Positions 48,870 through 57,650 of a stretch of DNA of 64,000 nucleotides are shown here, one piece after another (the stretch's first letter is position 1; the number at the start of each line of letters is the position of its first letter). The notes under the pieces were generated by a model, which made no database searches, was not told the DNA's origin, and worked only from the letters and a program-made list of their open reading frames with translations. Position numbers and translations under genes: made by a program. Source of the DNA: an uncultured bacterium (GTDB taxonomy: Bacteria > Patescibacteriota > Patescibacteriia > UBA9570 > XYC2-FULL-38-9); contig CALKUP010000001.1 in assembly GCA_937996685.1 (NCBI GenBank), forward strand, positions 45,322 through 109,321. The letters run 5' to 3'.

Positions 48870-50936
48870 ATGAAAGCTATACATCGTTTACGATTTTTTT
48901 TGTTACAAGACTTTTTGTCTGTCCCGCGCCTGCTATGGTTCTGGATGATTGGAGTCTGCTGTGTTGTGATTGGAATCTGCGTCGTATCGTATACGCAATT
49001 TCAATATGCAGGCCTTGATCTTGGAATTTACAATCAAGTTCTATGGAATACAGCGCATGGTCGTTTATTTGAGTTTACATTTAATGAATCATCATATCTT
49101 GTTGATCACCGTGAATGGTTGTTGATTTTGTTGACGCCGATCTACTGGGTTGTAAATCAACCGCTTGTGTTGGTGGTAATTCAGTCAGTGATTGTGAACA
49201 GCGTTGTGATTCCGATGTATTTGCTTGCGCGAACAGTCTTTGACGGAATGGTGCCGCATCCAAAAAAAGCTGCGCTATTTGTTGCGGCAGCGGTATTATT
49301 GCATCCAACAATCTTAAATATGCAGCTGTTTGAGTTTCATGTCCTTGCGCTCACAGCACCGCTCGCTGTCTGGTGGTGGTATGGCATTGTGACGCAGCGC
49401 CGCTTTCGTTGGGTCTTTTTTATCATCCTGCTACTCATGCGTGAAGATGTTGCTATTACAACTGCTGGCGTCGGTGTGCTGCTGTATATAACAGAACAAA
49501 AACGTTGGAAGGAAGCGGCGGTGATTGTGATCGCGAGTGTTATGTGGTTTGCAGCGATGGTTTGGGCTGGAGGGTATTTTTCCGTTGAAGATAATCCATT
49601 ATTTTTCTCGTTGTATTCATGGATGGGAACCACGCCACTCAACGTGCTTCAGTACATGGCGCTGCATCCGCTGGCTGTGTTGCGACATGTGTTATCGGCT
49701 GGGAATATATTTTTGTTTTTATTATTTTTAATGAGCACGGCCTTTTTGCCGCTCCTTGCATTTCGTCGTTTGTTTCCGGCACTGCTCGGTTTGAGTGTCT
49801 ATTTTTTCATGGGCAGTATTAAAATTGGCATGGATATTTTTCTGTATCATTACGGAGTATTGATTACAATTTGGACATGTATCGCCGCGCTCTATGGATA
49901 CAGAAGATTATTTGATGATACAAAAAAATGGAAAGTGCCATTTTTTACACAGAAGGACATGCATTATTTTGCGGCGCCAATCGTGATGGTCGTATTGTTT
50001 TCAACCTGGGTATTTTTTGGGCTTCATTGGGCATTGCTTGATATTGTAAAACTGCATTCAGAAGATCGCAGTGGTTTGCGGGCGGTGATGCAAGATATTC
50101 CAGCAGACGCTTCGGTAATGGCGTCTGATCGAGTGTATCCATATCTTTCAAGTCGACAATTTTTGTATTCAACAAAATATATCAATAGCGGGTTAAAGCA
50201 CTATTCATCTCTTGCGTATCAATTTCGCTCCTTTGATTGGCTGGTGATGACTGATGAAGTGGCGCGGATGCAAAACGGTAGTTCAATTCAAACAAAAGCG
50301 AACTCGGTTAAGCGCTTGCGATACCAGTTGCAAAAAAACGCGCTTGTGCCAGTCCGCCTTTTTGAGCAAGGCGTGTTGTATGGACCGGCTGCTGCAGCAC
50401 CTGCTCCGTCAGAGCCTGTGCGGTCTGCCGTTGGTTTTGTGTCGCAGGTTCATGCAAATCAACGGGTGCATCCGACGGCACGCTTGGATGGATATACGTA
50501 TGATGATGCAACGCGTCAATTTTCTCTCCAACTGACACGTATGAACGATGATCAGGCGATAGCGTTTCGGGCTGATCATGAAGATGATCAAGAGCTCTTT
50601 GTTCGGGTGTTGTGGCACACGCGTTATGGTCTGCCAGCATCAACGCAATATCGATTGCTCGGTAGCGCAACAGATCCAATGTATCTCTGGGGGAATGACG
50701 AGTCGCGGGTTATGCAGCTGCCATGGATTTTTCCAGAAGGAGCAACGGATGTTCGGTTAGAATTTGGTAGTTTGTATTTACCGCCGCAGCACCTTGCTGT
50801 CACTCAAACAATGCCGCTTATGCGAAAGCCATTGCCGCTTGAATATACTGACGTTACGCCAATAGTGGCTGTTGATGAGCGTTGTAAAATCACCCCTACT
50901 CAAGAGCTTGGTTCTTGTAGCGTAAACACGAAATAG
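48870..50936 (+). CDS. DUF2079-family polytopic membrane protein, GT-C-like, paralog of the 14469..16381 gene
   Basis: Same motif class (AGLDLGIYNQVLWNTAHGRLFE) and multi-TM architecture as the gene at 14469..16381. Start is at the internal ATG (MKAIHRL). Confidence 0.6.
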   Translation: MKAIHRLRFFLLQDFLSVPRLLWFWMIGVCCVVIGICVVSYTQFQYAGLDLGIYNQVLWNTAHGRLFEFTFNESSYLVDHREWLLILLTPIYWVVNQPLVLVVIQSVIVNSVVIPMYLLARTVFDGMVPHPKKAALFVAAAVLLHPTILNMQLFEFHVLALTAPLAVWWWYGIVTQRRFRWVFFIILLLMREDVAITTAGVGVLLYITEQKRWKEAAVIVIASVMWFAAMVWAGGYFSVEDNPLFFSLYSWMGTTPLNVLQYMALHPLAVLRHVLSAGNIFLFLLFLMSTAFLPLLAFRRLFPALLGLSVYFFMGSIKIGMDIFLYHYGVLITIWTCIAALYGYRRLFDDTKKWKVPFFTQKDMHYFAAPIVMVVLFSTWVFFGLHWALLDIVKLHSEDRSGLRAVMQDIPADASVMASDRVYPYLSSRQFLYSTKYINSGLKHYSSLAYQFRSFDWLVMTDEVARMQNGSSIQTKANSVKRLRYQLQKNALVPVRLFEQGVLYGPAAAAPAPSEPVRSAVGFVSQVHANQRVHPTARLDGYTYDDATRQFSLQLTRMNDDQAIAFRADHEDDQELFVRVLWHTRYGLPASTQYRLLGSATDPMYLWGNDESRVMQLPWIFPEGATDVRLEFGSLYLPPQHLAVTQTMPLMRKPLPLEYTDVTPIVAVDERCKITPTQELGSCSVNTK

Positions 50937-52522
50937 TCGCTGTCTGCAAAAATTTCAATAAATCGCGGGTCAGCTTTGATGAGTCGAAGCATTCCGTTGT
51001 TTGATGTCTCGACAATTACGGCTTTTGCATGAAAGTCATCGCGAATGTGTTCGAAGACGTTGTCTTTTTGTGTGCCAAGCGTGATGTCATGCCAGAGCCA
51101 GTAGCGCGCTGGATCTTGGTGGTAGAGAAATGTTGGATCCAGTCCGACGATGTAGTGGTTTTGCCGATTCCAATAAAACAATTGCGGGAACATATCCCAG
51201 TCACTGTGAAACACAATATCACCAGGTTGTGTGTGCGCGGCAATCGCTTGAGAGGCTGCTTTTGTATCTGAGTAGACAAATCCAGATTGCAGATCAGCGT
51301 GAACATTTGTGATGTTTTGGATGCCGATGATTGCAATCAGTAAGATAGAAAGAATTGCAATTGCTCCATGGTTTGCGTATAGAATGACTGATTTTGGTGT
51401 TTGGATATATCGAGTCATTCGTTGTTCGATGGTTTCTAGGAATATCGATAACGATGCTCTGTGTGTGGATTCGTTGCGAACGGTGTCTCGGAGTAGAAAA
51501 GCACCACTGATAACCGCCCATGGAATCAGGTATTCAATGTATCGCTGAGATTTCAATGTAAATACCAGTAAAATGGAGCTGTACAAGAATAGTCCAATTG
51601 TTTCTCCAGATAGTCGTTTATAGCGCGTGAGTGCAAATATGCTACTGAGTAGCCAGGGGATCAGGACAATACTGTCTCGTAGTAACATGTTCGAAACAGC
51701 AATCGGATACCACTCTCTGCCGACGCCAATAACGTCTTGTGCGTTTAAGATACCGATCACAATCAGTTGTTGCCAGATGAGTGCAAAATGATCAGGGAAT
51801 GACGGATGGATCAGTAGTCCGCTGGCTGTGCCGATGAGAATAATGCCGAATGCTTTGAGGAGTGAGATTGCTTGTGTACGACGTTCCGTTGTTCGATTAA
51901 TAAGCCACGCGCCAGCGCCGCCAAGGGACAAGCATGCAGCAAGGAGTGGGAGGACGATAAATCCGCCGTAACTCCAGACAAAGAAAAAGCTCACAAGCAG
52001 TAAAAAGCGATGCCAACGTGGCTGCAGAAGCAGCATGACGCTGACAATTAAAAAGAGTGCGCTTGTGCTTGGAGCTTTGACGAGCCCCATGCGAAATAAA
52101 AAGCTGCTTGAAAGCAGCAAGGCAAGTATCCAGAGTTCTGAAAATGGCGCTTTGTTTTTTACGAGCAATGCATAGATGCCGACAATAACAAGGCTCGCTA
52201 AAATAATTGTCAGAATTTTTGCACCAAGAAATGGAGGCAAAAGCGTGACAAAGGGAATCAGTAAAACGTGATAGAGAAAATGATGGTCGGTGTAGTGTGT
52301 GCCGAGAGAGGTGTATGGTAGCCAAGAAAATGTGTGCGGAATATTGTGTGTGTCCCGAATTATTTCGGCCATTGCGATATGGTAGAAGGAGTCTGGGTCA
52401 GTAAAGCGTTCGCTATTGAGCGACCAGCTGTACAACGCAACACTGAGGCAAAATAGCAAAAGCCCAATAAGCAGTCGAGGAGCAAGATGTGAGTGGCGTT
52501 GATGCCAGGGAGTCTGCGTCAT
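50900..52522 (-). CDS. GT-C-fold-like polytopic membrane protein (putative glycosyltransferase)
   Basis: About 13 N-terminal TM helices plus a C-terminal soluble domain. The acidic loop motif FTDPDSFYH in the first extracytoplasmic loop is reminiscent of ArnT/PMT-type GT-C enzymes. The assignment is inferential. Confidence 0.45.
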   Translation of the reverse strand: MTQTPWHQRHSHLAPRLLIGLLLFCLSVALYSWSLNSERFTDPDSFYHIAMAEIIRDTHNIPHTFSWLPYTSLGTHYTDHHFLYHVLLIPFVTLLPPFLGAKILTIILASLVIVGIYALLVKNKAPFSELWILALLLSSSFLFRMGLVKAPSTSALFLIVSVMLLLQPRWHRFLLLVSFFFVWSYGGFIVLPLLAACLSLGGAGAWLINRTTERRTQAISLLKAFGIILIGTASGLLIHPSFPDHFALIWQQLIVIGILNAQDVIGVGREWYPIAVSNMLLRDSIVLIPWLLSSIFALTRYKRLSGETIGLFLYSSILLVFTLKSQRYIEYLIPWAVISGAFLLRDTVRNESTHRASLSIFLETIEQRMTRYIQTPKSVILYANHGAIAILSILLIAIIGIQNITNVHADLQSGFVYSDTKAASQAIAAHTQPGDIVFHSDWDMFPQLFYWNRQNHYIVGLDPTFLYHQDPARYWLWHDITLGTQKDNVFEHIRDDFHAKAVIVETSNNGMLRLIKADPRFIEIFADSDYFVFTLQEPSS

Positions 52523-52708
52523 AGTGGCTAGAGTGTATCACGGCAGCCCTGGTGTTCTCAACTCAGAAACAATAAAACCTCGTCTTCAAGCATGGGTCAG
52601 GCGAGGTTTTATTCGTTCTTGATTTTGCAAAATCTACTGACAACTTATCACATTTTTTTAGCCTGTCAAGTTGACCAAAAATACCCCCCTTTGGTAGGAT
52701 GAACTCCT

Positions 52709-53431
52709 ATGTCAGGACATTCCAAATGGGCAACCATCAAACGAAAAAAAGAGGCTCTTGATTCACGTCGTGGAGCTGTTTTTACCAAGCTGAGTAAGAA
52801 TATTTCTATTGCCGCCAAAAACGGCAAAGATCCAGATATGAATCCGACGCTCCGCACAGCAATTGAAAATGCTCGAGCAGCGAACATGCCAAAGGATAAT
52901 ATCGAGAAGGCGATTTTAAAAGGTGCAGGTGAAGTTCCGGGAGCGATTTATGAAGAATTGCGGTATGAGGCGTATGGTCCGGGTGGTGTTGCGATGATTA
53001 TCGAGTGCGTCACCGACAACACAAACCGAACCGTGTCGTTTGTGCGCAGTACGCTGACAAAAAACGGCTGCAGTCTCGGAAGTTCCGGCAGTGTATTATT
53101 TCAATTTGAACAAAAAGGAGTAATTCAAATTCCGGCGAGTAACTTGTCTGGAGTGGATCGCGAAGAATTGGAGCTTGCATGTATTGATGCTGGAGCGGAA
53201 GATATTGATGACAGTGTTGACGGGATGTTTGTGACAACTTCACGTGAAGCGTTTCATGCGGTTCAGCAGTTTTTGGCTGAACAAAACGTGTCGCCAGCAA
53301 ATGCCGCGCTTGAATGGATTGCCGGGCAAACTGTTGCACTCGATAATGCAACGCAAACAAAGTTGGACAATTTGATTGATATTTTAGAAAGCGACGACGA
53401 TGTGGTATCTGTCCACACGAACGCTGCATAA
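52709..53431 (+). CDS. yebC: YebC/PmpR-family transcriptional regulatory protein
   Basis: MSGHSKWATIKRKKEALDSRRGAVFTKLSKNISIAAKNG is the YebC signature. It is in the usual position upstream of ruvC. Confidence 0.85.
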   Translation: MSGHSKWATIKRKKEALDSRRGAVFTKLSKNISIAAKNGKDPDMNPTLRTAIENARAANMPKDNIEKAILKGAGEVPGAIYEELRYEAYGPGGVAMIIECVTDNTNRTVSFVRSTLTKNGCSLGSSGSVLFQFEQKGVIQIPASNLSGVDREELELACIDAGAEDIDDSVDGMFVTTSREAFHAVQQFLAEQNVSPANAALEWIAGQTVALDNATQTKLDNLIDILESDDDVVSVHTNAA

Positions 53432-53440
53432 TTGGTGTAT

Positions 53441-53944
53441 ATGAAAATTCTTGGCATCGACCCCGGCCTTCATCGTGTCGGAATTGCGGTTGCTGATATT
53501 ACCGCTGGTCGCTACCAGCTTATTCAATGTGGTGTGATTACGACGCCATCTGAATTATCGCTTTCTGTGCGGTTAGTGCAGCTCCGTGATGATCTGACTG
53601 CATTTATCGCGCAACATCCGGATATTGCAGTGTGCGGCATTGAAGAATTGTTTTTTTCAAAAAACGTGACAACCGCTCCAATGGTCTATCAAGCGCGTGG
53701 GGTTATTTTGGAGTTGCTGGAACGCGTTGGTGTGCAATCGGTTATTTCGGTGAAGCCCCAGCATGTCAAACAATATGTCACAGGATCAGGCAGTGCTGAT
53801 AAGCGCGAGGTGCAAGAAATGGTGCGACATACGTTTCATTTGGATGCTGTACCGAAGCCGGATGATGCGGCTGATGCGGCGGCGATTGCGATTGCTGCAG
53901 AGGCGATATTTCGAAGCCAAGGGCACCAAAAAAACGCGTCATAG
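53441..53944 (+). CDS. ruvC: crossover junction endodeoxyribonuclease RuvC
   Basis: MKILGIDPGLHRVGIAVADI plus the catalytic acidic residues; 167 aa. Confidence 0.85.
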   Translation: MKILGIDPGLHRVGIAVADITAGRYQLIQCGVITTPSELSLSVRLVQLRDDLTAFIAQHPDIAVCGIEELFFSKNVTTAPMVYQARGVILELLERVGVQSVISVKPQHVKQYVTGSGSADKREVQEMVRHTFHLDAVPKPDDAADAAAIAIAAEAIFRSQGHQKNAS

Positions 53945-53950
53945 ACTCTT

Positions 53951-53979
53951 GATTTTTTGCTCCGTTTGTGGTATATTGA
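53951..53979 (+). promoter_or_regulatory. putative sigma70-like promoter of the inserted 7TM/ATP-grasp module
   Basis: TTGATT, a 17-nt spacer, then TATATT, immediately after the ruvC stop and about 18 nt upstream of the ATG at 53997. Confidence 0.5.
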
Positions 53980-53996
53980 GTAGGAATAATTTTCCT

Positions 53997-55571
53997 ATGA
54001 AACACTTTTTTCTTTTTAGCGTTTTGTGTGCAACGCTGACGCTGTTTGCGCCACACATTACGTTTGCTCAAGATGTCACGGCAGATCAAGCAGCTCCTGA
54101 GCCACTGGTGGTAAACGCAGGAACAGACGCGGCAGTTGTTGCTGGTCGATCTGTTCGTTTGGCGGCAACTGGCTCCACAAAGCCGGTGAATGTCGAAAAC
54201 CCGGAAATCGTGTACACCTGGGATTTTGGCGACGGATCAACCGATTCTGGGTTTGAAGTAAACCATGTTTATAAAGAAAGTGGTCGATATCGTGCCGTTG
54301 TCACAGGCAAGCGAATCGCAAACGGTGCGAGCGAAGAGATGTCTGATAGTGTTGAAGTGATTGTTCAAGACCGTTTGGCGTTATTAATTGTTGATAAAAC
54401 AATTTCAGCTGAACAAATTGCGCAATTGAAAAATTATGGCGCAACACAAGGGACGCTTGTGAGTGTTATTCAATCTGCCGGCGCGCCGCAAGAATCAGCA
54501 ATGGTGCAAGAACTCGCGCAAGAATTGTTGAAAGCGGAAGATGATGTGCGTTTGGCAAATGTTATTATTACATGGACATCTGGCAATACAGGTATTAACA
54601 CGTTGATTGAGTTGTCTCGTATTTTGGCGTTAAACGGAACGCCGTCAGATCAATACAATTTTGAAGACAAGGCGATTGTGAGTATTTCGGACAATCAGCC
54701 AATTTCAACAAGTGCTCGTTTAGCACAAAATGTGTTTCAAGGGTTGAACCCGGGCTTCATTGTCGTTGCTGATCGTGTGGTGATGAATCCGGCGATTAAA
54801 GCGGAATCTCCAACACAATTGGAAGAAGCGTTGCGATATAGTGATGCACAATATCAAATCATCACTCCATACACCGCGCGTGGCATCGGAAAGTTGTCGC
54901 CGGCAAACTTCTTGTCATTCACAATGAATTACATGGTGAATAACGGAGTTCCGGTTAATTCCTTGTATTTGATTCTCATGCTTCCAGTGCTAGCGACGAT
55001 TGTTGCGGCAACTCGCCAATTGGTTGGTATTAAAGCCTTTGGTATTTTTGTCCCAACCGTGCTTGCGTTGTCGTTTCTTGGAACTGGATTGAAATATGGT
55101 CTGACGATTTTTGTGAGTCTTGTGATTTTGGGTTCGATTGCGCGTCTGCTGGCTCGCAAATTGAAAATCGCCTATTTACCACGCATGGCAATTGTAATTT
55201 CTTTGCTTGCGTTTTGTATTTTCACAATGTTTTTTGTTGGCGCGCTGTTTAACAAAACAGGCTTTATCGCAGTGTCAGTGTTCCCAATTTTGATCATGAC
55301 TGTGATTACTGAGCATTTTATTACCGAGCAAATTGAGCAAGGCTGGAAAAGTGCAATGAAGCTCTCGATTGAGACATTGATTTTGGCATTGATTGGTTTC
55401 TCAATTGCTGATTGGACATGGTTCAAAAGTGTTGTCTTGGCATTCCCGGAATTGATCTTGCTCACTTTTGTCATTAATTATGGTATTGGTAAATTTACTG
55501 GTTTGCGTTTGACTGAATATATCCGATTCCGTCACGTCTTTAAACATATCCGCAATGCTGAAAAGTCTTAA
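53997..55571 (+). CDS. secreted PKD-domain protein with a C-terminal 7-TM domain (7TM component of a RimK-like ATP-grasp/retropepsin system)
   Basis: Signal peptide MKHFFLFSVLCATLTLFAPHITFA. PKD-like segment YTWDFGDGSTDSGFEVNHVYKESGRYRAVV. An extracellular region of about 250 aa follows, then seven hydrophobic helices in the last ~250 aa. The stop overlaps the next gene. Confidence 0.65.
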   Translation: MKHFFLFSVLCATLTLFAPHITFAQDVTADQAAPEPLVVNAGTDAAVVAGRSVRLAATGSTKPVNVENPEIVYTWDFGDGSTDSGFEVNHVYKESGRYRAVVTGKRIANGASEEMSDSVEVIVQDRLALLIVDKTISAEQIAQLKNYGATQGTLVSVIQSAGAPQESAMVQELAQELLKAEDDVRLANVIITWTSGNTGINTLIELSRILALNGTPSDQYNFEDKAIVSISDNQPISTSARLAQNVFQGLNPGFIVVADRVVMNPAIKAESPTQLEEALRYSDAQYQIITPYTARGIGKLSPANFLSFTMNYMVNNGVPVNSLYLILMLPVLATIVAATRQLVGIKAFGIFVPTVLALSFLGTGLKYGLTIFVSLVILGSIARLLARKLKIAYLPRMAIVISLLAFCIFTMFFVGALFNKTGFIAVSVFPILIMTVITEHFITEQIEQGWKSAMKLSIETLILALIGFSIADWTWFKSVVLAFPELILLTFVINYGIGKFTGLRLTEYIRFRHVFKHIRNAEKS

Positions 55572-57054
55572 TAAAGTTTTAGGCATTAACGCTCGAAACC
55601 GAGTGTATTTGCGAGCCAATAAAAAACACGCTCGCAATATTGCCGATGATAAGCTTGCAACCAAAAAAATCCTCATTGATAACAGCATTGGAACTGCTGA
55701 TTTGCTGGCGGTGATTCATAATACAAATGATATTCGTGAGTTTGATTGGGAGTCCTTGCCGTCAACATTTGTCATTAAGCCAAACAAAGGTTTTGGCGGG
55801 CAAGGTATTTTGGTGATTTTTAATCGTTTGAAAAACGGGAATTGGATTACAACCAACAAAAAACAACTAACGGTCAATGATCTGCAAGAGCATATTCGTA
55901 ATATTTTAGATGGTAATTTTTCGTTATTGAATACAGCAGATACGGCGATTATTGAGTCTCGTCTTTCAATGAGTCCGTTTTTCAAAGTGTTTTCAACCCA
56001 AGGAATCCCAGATATCCGTGTGGTGGTATACAACGGTGTGCCGGTTATGGCGATGATTCGGGTTCCGACCAAAAAGTCTGAAGGCAAGGCAAATCTCGCG
56101 CAAGGAGGTATCGCGATCGGCATTGATATTGCGACCGGCCGGACAACCTATGCTGTTGTGAAGTCATGGCTCTATGAAAAAGAAATTGAGTTTCACCCAG
56201 ACACAGGAGCACAGTTGCGCGGGAAGCAGATTCCGTTATGGAACGATATTTTGCTGACTGCAGTGCGAGCAGCGCAGGCAACAGGCATGCGATATGCTGG
56301 CGTTGATGTGTCAGTTGATAAAGTAATCGGACCGGTTGTATTAGAATTAAATGCGCGACCAGGACTGGGCATTCAAGTGGCAAACATGTTGCCGCTTCGA
56401 GATCGATTGCAACGCATTCGAGGATTGAAAGTAAAATCCCCAGAAAGTGGCATTGCGCTCGCAAAAGAATTATTTGCCGGGCCATTTGATGCCGAAGTAG
56501 AAAATATTACAGGCCGACAAGTGATTGGATTGCAAGAGCCTGTTTCTGTGTGGGCTGATTCAGCTCAAAAAGTGGAAACGTTTGCAAAGATTGATTCTGG
56601 CGCAAAGACAAGTTCGATTGATGAAGCGCTGGCTCGTCAACTTGGGTTTGGCCCTGAGCTGGATCTATTTGCACAGTCTGCAAAACAGAATTTTGCAACA
56701 AAAGTAGAAGCTCATGTGCATGCAGAGCAATTGAAAAAAACACTCAGTGCTCAATCAGAGAAGATTGCTGACGTGAGTGTTGTCACCTCATCTCATGGAA
56801 TGTCGATCCGAATGCATGTCCGGATTACAGTGGTGCTTTCTGGACGGGAAATGATCATTACCCCAAATGTCTATAATCGAGAAAATCTGACATATCCTAT
56901 TTTAGTGGGTGTGACAGATCTTGGATTTTATTTGCTTGATCCGAGTAAAGCAGCGTCTGCAGAAGTGAAGGCCTTTCGGGCAGAGCGCAAAAAAACCATC
57001 GAGGAAAAAGTGCATCACGAAGTAGATATTGCAGAAATCGACGCAGCAGAGTAA
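55555..57054 (+). CDS. RimK-like ATP-grasp ligase (alpha-L-glutamate-ligase-related) fused to a C-terminal retropepsin-like (clan AA, DSGA) protease domain
   Basis: The N-terminal LGINARNRVYLRANKKHARNIADDKLATKKIL...PNKGFGGQGILVI and ...VVLELNARPGLGIQ follow the ATP-grasp/RimK-related pattern. The C-terminal FAKIDSGAKTSSID carries the D-S/T-G-A aspartyl-protease signature. It overlaps the upstream gene by 17 nt. Confidence 0.65.
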   Translation: MLKSLNKVLGINARNRVYLRANKKHARNIADDKLATKKILIDNSIGTADLLAVIHNTNDIREFDWESLPSTFVIKPNKGFGGQGILVIFNRLKNGNWITTNKKQLTVNDLQEHIRNILDGNFSLLNTADTAIIESRLSMSPFFKVFSTQGIPDIRVVVYNGVPVMAMIRVPTKKSEGKANLAQGGIAIGIDIATGRTTYAVVKSWLYEKEIEFHPDTGAQLRGKQIPLWNDILLTAVRAAQATGMRYAGVDVSVDKVIGPVVLELNARPGLGIQVANMLPLRDRLQRIRGLKVKSPESGIALAKELFAGPFDAEVENITGRQVIGLQEPVSVWADSAQKVETFAKIDSGAKTSSIDEALARQLGFGPELDLFAQSAKQNFATKVEAHVHAEQLKKTLSAQSEKIADVSVVTSSHGMSIRMHVRITVVLSGREMIITPNVYNRENLTYPILVGVTDLGFYLLDPSKAASAEVKAFRAERKKTIEEKVHHEVDIAEIDAAE

Positions 57055-57065
57055 GTTGTATTTAT

Positions 57066-57650
57066 ATGATTGCATTTTTAACGGGAACGATTCATTCCAT
57101 TGATGAATTGAGTATTATTTTATTGGTCAACGGGATCGGATATCGCGTCTATTGTCCGTCAACAACAATCAGTGATATTCACCTTGGTGAAAACATTGAG
57201 TTGTATATCCATCACCATATTCGTGATGATGCGCAAGAGTTATTTGGTGTGCGCGGGCAAGACGAGCATCAATTTTTACAATTAGTATTAAAAGTGTCTG
57301 GCGTTGGTCCAAAAATGGCCTTAACAATGTTGTCGCAATTCACTCCGGCGCAGCTGTATAATGCGGTGATGAGCCAAGATGTCGCGCTATTAACGAGTAT
57401 TTCTGGTATCGGTAAAAAAACAGCAGAGCGGATTGTTTTAGAGTTAAAGGATTCAACCGTGGCAATTTTTTCTGCAGGGACAGCGCCAGCTGCCGCGGTT
57501 GTGCCAAGTGCTGATTCGCTTGTTGTGTCTGCGTTGCAAGGACTTGGGTATCAACAGCAAGAAATTCAAGAAGTGCTTGCGCGGATCGATACAACTCTTG
57601 AACCAGAAGAGCAAATTCGTGCTGCCTTATCAGTATTCGCGCGATCATGA
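57066..57650 (+). CDS. ruvA: Holliday junction DNA helicase subunit RuvA
   Basis: MIAFLTGTIHSIDELSIILLVNGIGYRVYCP, HhH motifs (SGVGPKMAL, SGIGKKTAERI) and a C-terminal domain III; 194 aa. Confidence 0.85.
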   Translation: MIAFLTGTIHSIDELSIILLVNGIGYRVYCPSTTISDIHLGENIELYIHHHIRDDAQELFGVRGQDEHQFLQLVLKVSGVGPKMALTMLSQFTPAQLYNAVMSQDVALLTSISGIGKKTAERIVLELKDSTVAIFSAGTAPAAAVVPSADSLVVSALQGLGYQQQEIQEVLARIDTTLEPEEQIRAALSVFARS

